Assembly: GCA_963793425.1 (NCBI GenBank)
Contig: CAWCAG010000009.1
Coordinates: 128,001-192,000, forward strand
Origin: an uncultured cyanobacterium
Lineage (GTDB): Bacteria; Cyanobacteriota; Cyanobacteriia; Cyanobacteriales; CAWCAG01
Reading direction: 5' to 3'
DNA: 64,000 nt
The notes under the pieces are model-generated. The model searched no databases. It was not told where the DNA came from and was given only the letters and a program-made list of their open reading frames with translations. Position numbers and translations under genes: made by a program. Within the stretch, counting starts at the first letter, position 1. Every line of letters starts with the position of its first letter. Positions 62,716-64,000 of this stretch are shown here, piece after piece.

Positions 62716-63711
62716 CTTTATGGTCGGATTAATTTAGCCCAAAGCTTGCTAAAATCTCAACAGCAATCCCCTTTATCTAACTCAGAGATCGCTCAAATTT
62801 TAGCTGTGGCTATTAAAGATGCCAATAACTTAGGGGATAAGAGGGCGGAATCTTATGGCTTAGGAACTTTAGGAAAAGTTTATCAAAACAACCAACAATG
62901 GCAAGAAGCGAAACAACTAACTGAACAAGCCTTAATTCTTTCTCAAAGTAGCAACGCCGCAGACATATCTTATCAATGGCAGTGGCAACTAGGAAAAATC
63001 CTCAATTCTCAAGGAAAAAAAGATGGTGCGATCGCGGCTTATTCTCAAGCAGTAGAAAGTCTTAAATCTCTGCGTAGTGACTTAGTAGCAGTTAATTCTG
63101 ATGTACAGTTAAAAAGCTATAGTACAAAAGTTTCTCAAACCGATGTAGAAGCAACCCTGCAAGAAATGCTGACTGCCCTTACTGTAGCGAGAAAGCGAGT
63201 GTTTATTGAGAATTTCACTGAACCTGCCCAAAAAGTCTATGATTGGGTTATTCGTCCCATTGAAAAAGACTTAGCCGCCAGCAAGATTAAAAACCTCGTC
63301 TTCATTTCTGATGGCAGTCTGCGTAGCATTCCCATCAACAGCCTCTACGACGGTGAGCAATATTTAGCAGAAAAATATAGCGTTGCCCTCGCCCCTAGTT
63401 TACAATTAGTAGACCCCAAACCCTTAGTACTTAGTGCTTGTAAAACCGCTGCTGGAGATAAACGTGCTGCTTTAGGATTAGCTGGTATGGCTGTGCGGGC
63501 AGGGGCGAGGAGTACCTTAGCTAGTTTGTGGTATGTCAGCGATGAAGCTACAGCTATCTTGATGACCAAGTTTTACGAAGAGTTATCCCAAGATAATAAT
63601 ATAACTAAAGCAGAGGCCCTGCGCCGCGCTCAAATGGCTATTTTACAAGATCAAAAGTTCTCTCATCCCTATTATTGGTCAGCGTTTGTGTTGGTGGGTA
63701 ATTGGTTGTAA
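62710..63711 (+). pseudogene. TPR-CHAT domain protein, 5'-truncated with two in-frame internal deletions
   Basis: YQWQWQLG and LRSDLVAVNSDVQ|LKSY; VDPKP|LVLSAC lacks the His-containing segment; ends HPYYWSAFVLVGNWL. Confidence 0.82.
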
Positions 63712-63741
63712 CGGGTGTTTCCCAGGTAAAGGTTCGCACAT

Positions 63742-63996
63742 CTACTGGCATTCCACAATTAAAGTTATATTATCAATTCCTACGACCCGAACCTTTCGAC
63801 CTGGCAGTATCGTAACATTTTGTAAGCATCTAGCCGGCCAGTCACTAGCCCGAAAGTGGACTCTACCAATTTTGCCAGAAATAACAGTTTCTGCCACCGT
63901 TGCTTCTCTGGGGGCAAAGCGGAAAACAGGATGTTTTTCTATTGGTATGTAAGTTTGATATGGTTTGTTGTTGAGGTGACGATTAATAAGTTGCAT
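63742..63996 (-). CDS. Short NfeD-like OB-fold protein (start may lie outside window)
   Basis: GRVHFRASDWPAR and PGRKVRVVGIDNITLIV. Confidence 0.7.
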   Translation of the reverse strand: MQLINRHLNNKPYQTYIPIEKHPVFRFAPREATVAETVISGKIGRVHFRASDWPARCLQNVTILPGRKVRVVGIDNITLIVECQ

Positions 63997-64000
63997 GAAT

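Larger units (their letters stand above)
1..64000. repeat. HIP1 octamer GCGATCGC dispersed throughout
   Basis: At least 27 copies counted by eye, e.g. ~5776, 8852, 13153, 32592, 36841, 57073 and 62253. Confidence 0.95.

Noticed and set aside
1..64000. tRNA, rRNA, group II intron, retron or diversity-generating retroelement
   Set aside because: No cloverleaf, rRNA-like segment, reverse transcriptase or adenine-specific template/variable repeat pair was seen by eye; a covariance-model scan would be needed to exclude small RNAs

Overview
AT-rich cyanobacterial chromosomal window: at least 27 HIP1 octamers (GCGATCGC), heptamer/octamer short tandem repeats, a PEP-CTERM gene and cyanobacterial-type Ser/Thr kinases. 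The intact core includes panC-cmk (5' truncated by the window), tig-clpP-clpX, asd-dapA-rnj, prfB with its +1 programmed frameshift, a GAF-GAF-PAS adenylate cyclase, cysC, alaS, ureB, murI-amiC and a CPA2 antiporter. Several accessory genes have collapsed through internal deletions, some at visible microhomologies (S9 peptidase, TPR protein, CHAT protein, haemagglutinin-like exoprotein, ImmA/IrrE peptidase, coiled-coil pair). There are two best candidates for undescribed systems. (1) 36.9-39.6 kb: an XRE repressor plus ImmA/IrrE metallopeptidase remnant sits divergently from two paralogous all-coiled-coil genes, and two TTGA-N8-TCAA palindromes straddle the predicted promoter. (2) 42.2-45.1 kb: a frameshifted polymorphic-toxin gene with a FIX-like domain and a C-terminal class I SAM-methyltransferase-like tip, followed by immunity-like remnants; the ORF track shows only part of it. 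Also present are GTAG-type REP clusters, MITE-like elements, a dispersed ~110-bp non-coding repeat, and a divergent kinase-like protein. I saw no rRNA, tRNA, CRISPR array, reverse transcriptase or intact IS transposase. All family assignments come from motif recognition by eye, not from database searches.
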